This document shows, piece by piece, positions 34,942 to 35,290 of a DNA stretch of 35,290 bases. Within the stretch, counting starts at the first letter, position 1. The number at the start of each line of letters is the position of its first letter. Source of the DNA: Macrostomum lignano (lineage: Eukaryota). The translations under genes were made by a program, and so were the position numbers. The notes below the pieces were generated by a model. It was not told the origin of the DNA. It did not search any database and was given only the letters and a program-made list of their open reading frames with translations. The DNA lies in NCBI GenBank assembly GCA_002269645.1, contig NIVC01002798.1, forward strand, positions 1-35,290, written 5' to 3'.

Positions 34942-35094
34942 CTGCCAGAAAGGCGGAATTAGTCGTTTAATAATGTCACATGAGCTGTCAGCAATGGTCG
35001 AAATTAAATAGATTATTATATAAATAAACAATGTAATGTAATAACAGTCTTCATCAAAAGACACAACATAAATTCTTCATGCAGTCTTCATCAT

Positions 35095-35290
35095 AAGACA
35101 TGACGACCCTAAGGTCTCACACAAGACACGACCTTAAGGCGTTACCCCAAGGCACGACCTCAAGGCCTCACCCAAGACACGACTCAAGGTCTCACCCCCA
35201 AGACACGACCTCAAGGTCTCACCCCTCAAGACACGACCTCGACCTCAATGTCTCACCCCAAGACGCGACCTCAAGGCTCACCCCAAGACA
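35095..35290. repeat. Degenerate minisatellite of roughly 20-27 bp (CAAGACACGACCTCAAGGTCTCACCC), runs off the 3' edge
   Basis: Directly visible. Confidence 0.85.

Noticed and set aside
34942-35064. N-terminus of the 272-aa kinase ORF
   Set aside because: AT-rich sequence upstream of the acceptor at 34942, with no kinase N-lobe motifs; likely intron.

Overview
Eukaryotic (metazoan) genomic DNA with GC-rich exons, AT-rich introns and many tandem repeats. The style suggests a free-living flatworm such as Macrostomum, but that is inference only. Bases 1-15.6 kb are about 380 copies of a 41-bp satellite. It is followed directly by the three 3' exons of a DEG/ENaC channel gene (+), whose 5' exons are absent, so the array is probably intronic. 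Inverted, decayed copies of the same monomer lie in the last intron of that gene. Next come a two-exon gene (+, about 526 aa) with a Glu/Tyr repeat, a degenerate CBP/p300 TAZ1-like domain and a truncated KAT11 HAT-like segment; a three-exon FoxJ1-like gene (-) with a substituted recognition helix; an orphan ORF (+); and the 3' part of an atypical Ser/Thr kinase (-) with a duplicated activation segment and an apparent frameshift. Two copies of a hAT-type MITE (8-bp TSDs) and many minisatellites are also present. All homology calls were made by eye against remembered family motifs; no searches were run.
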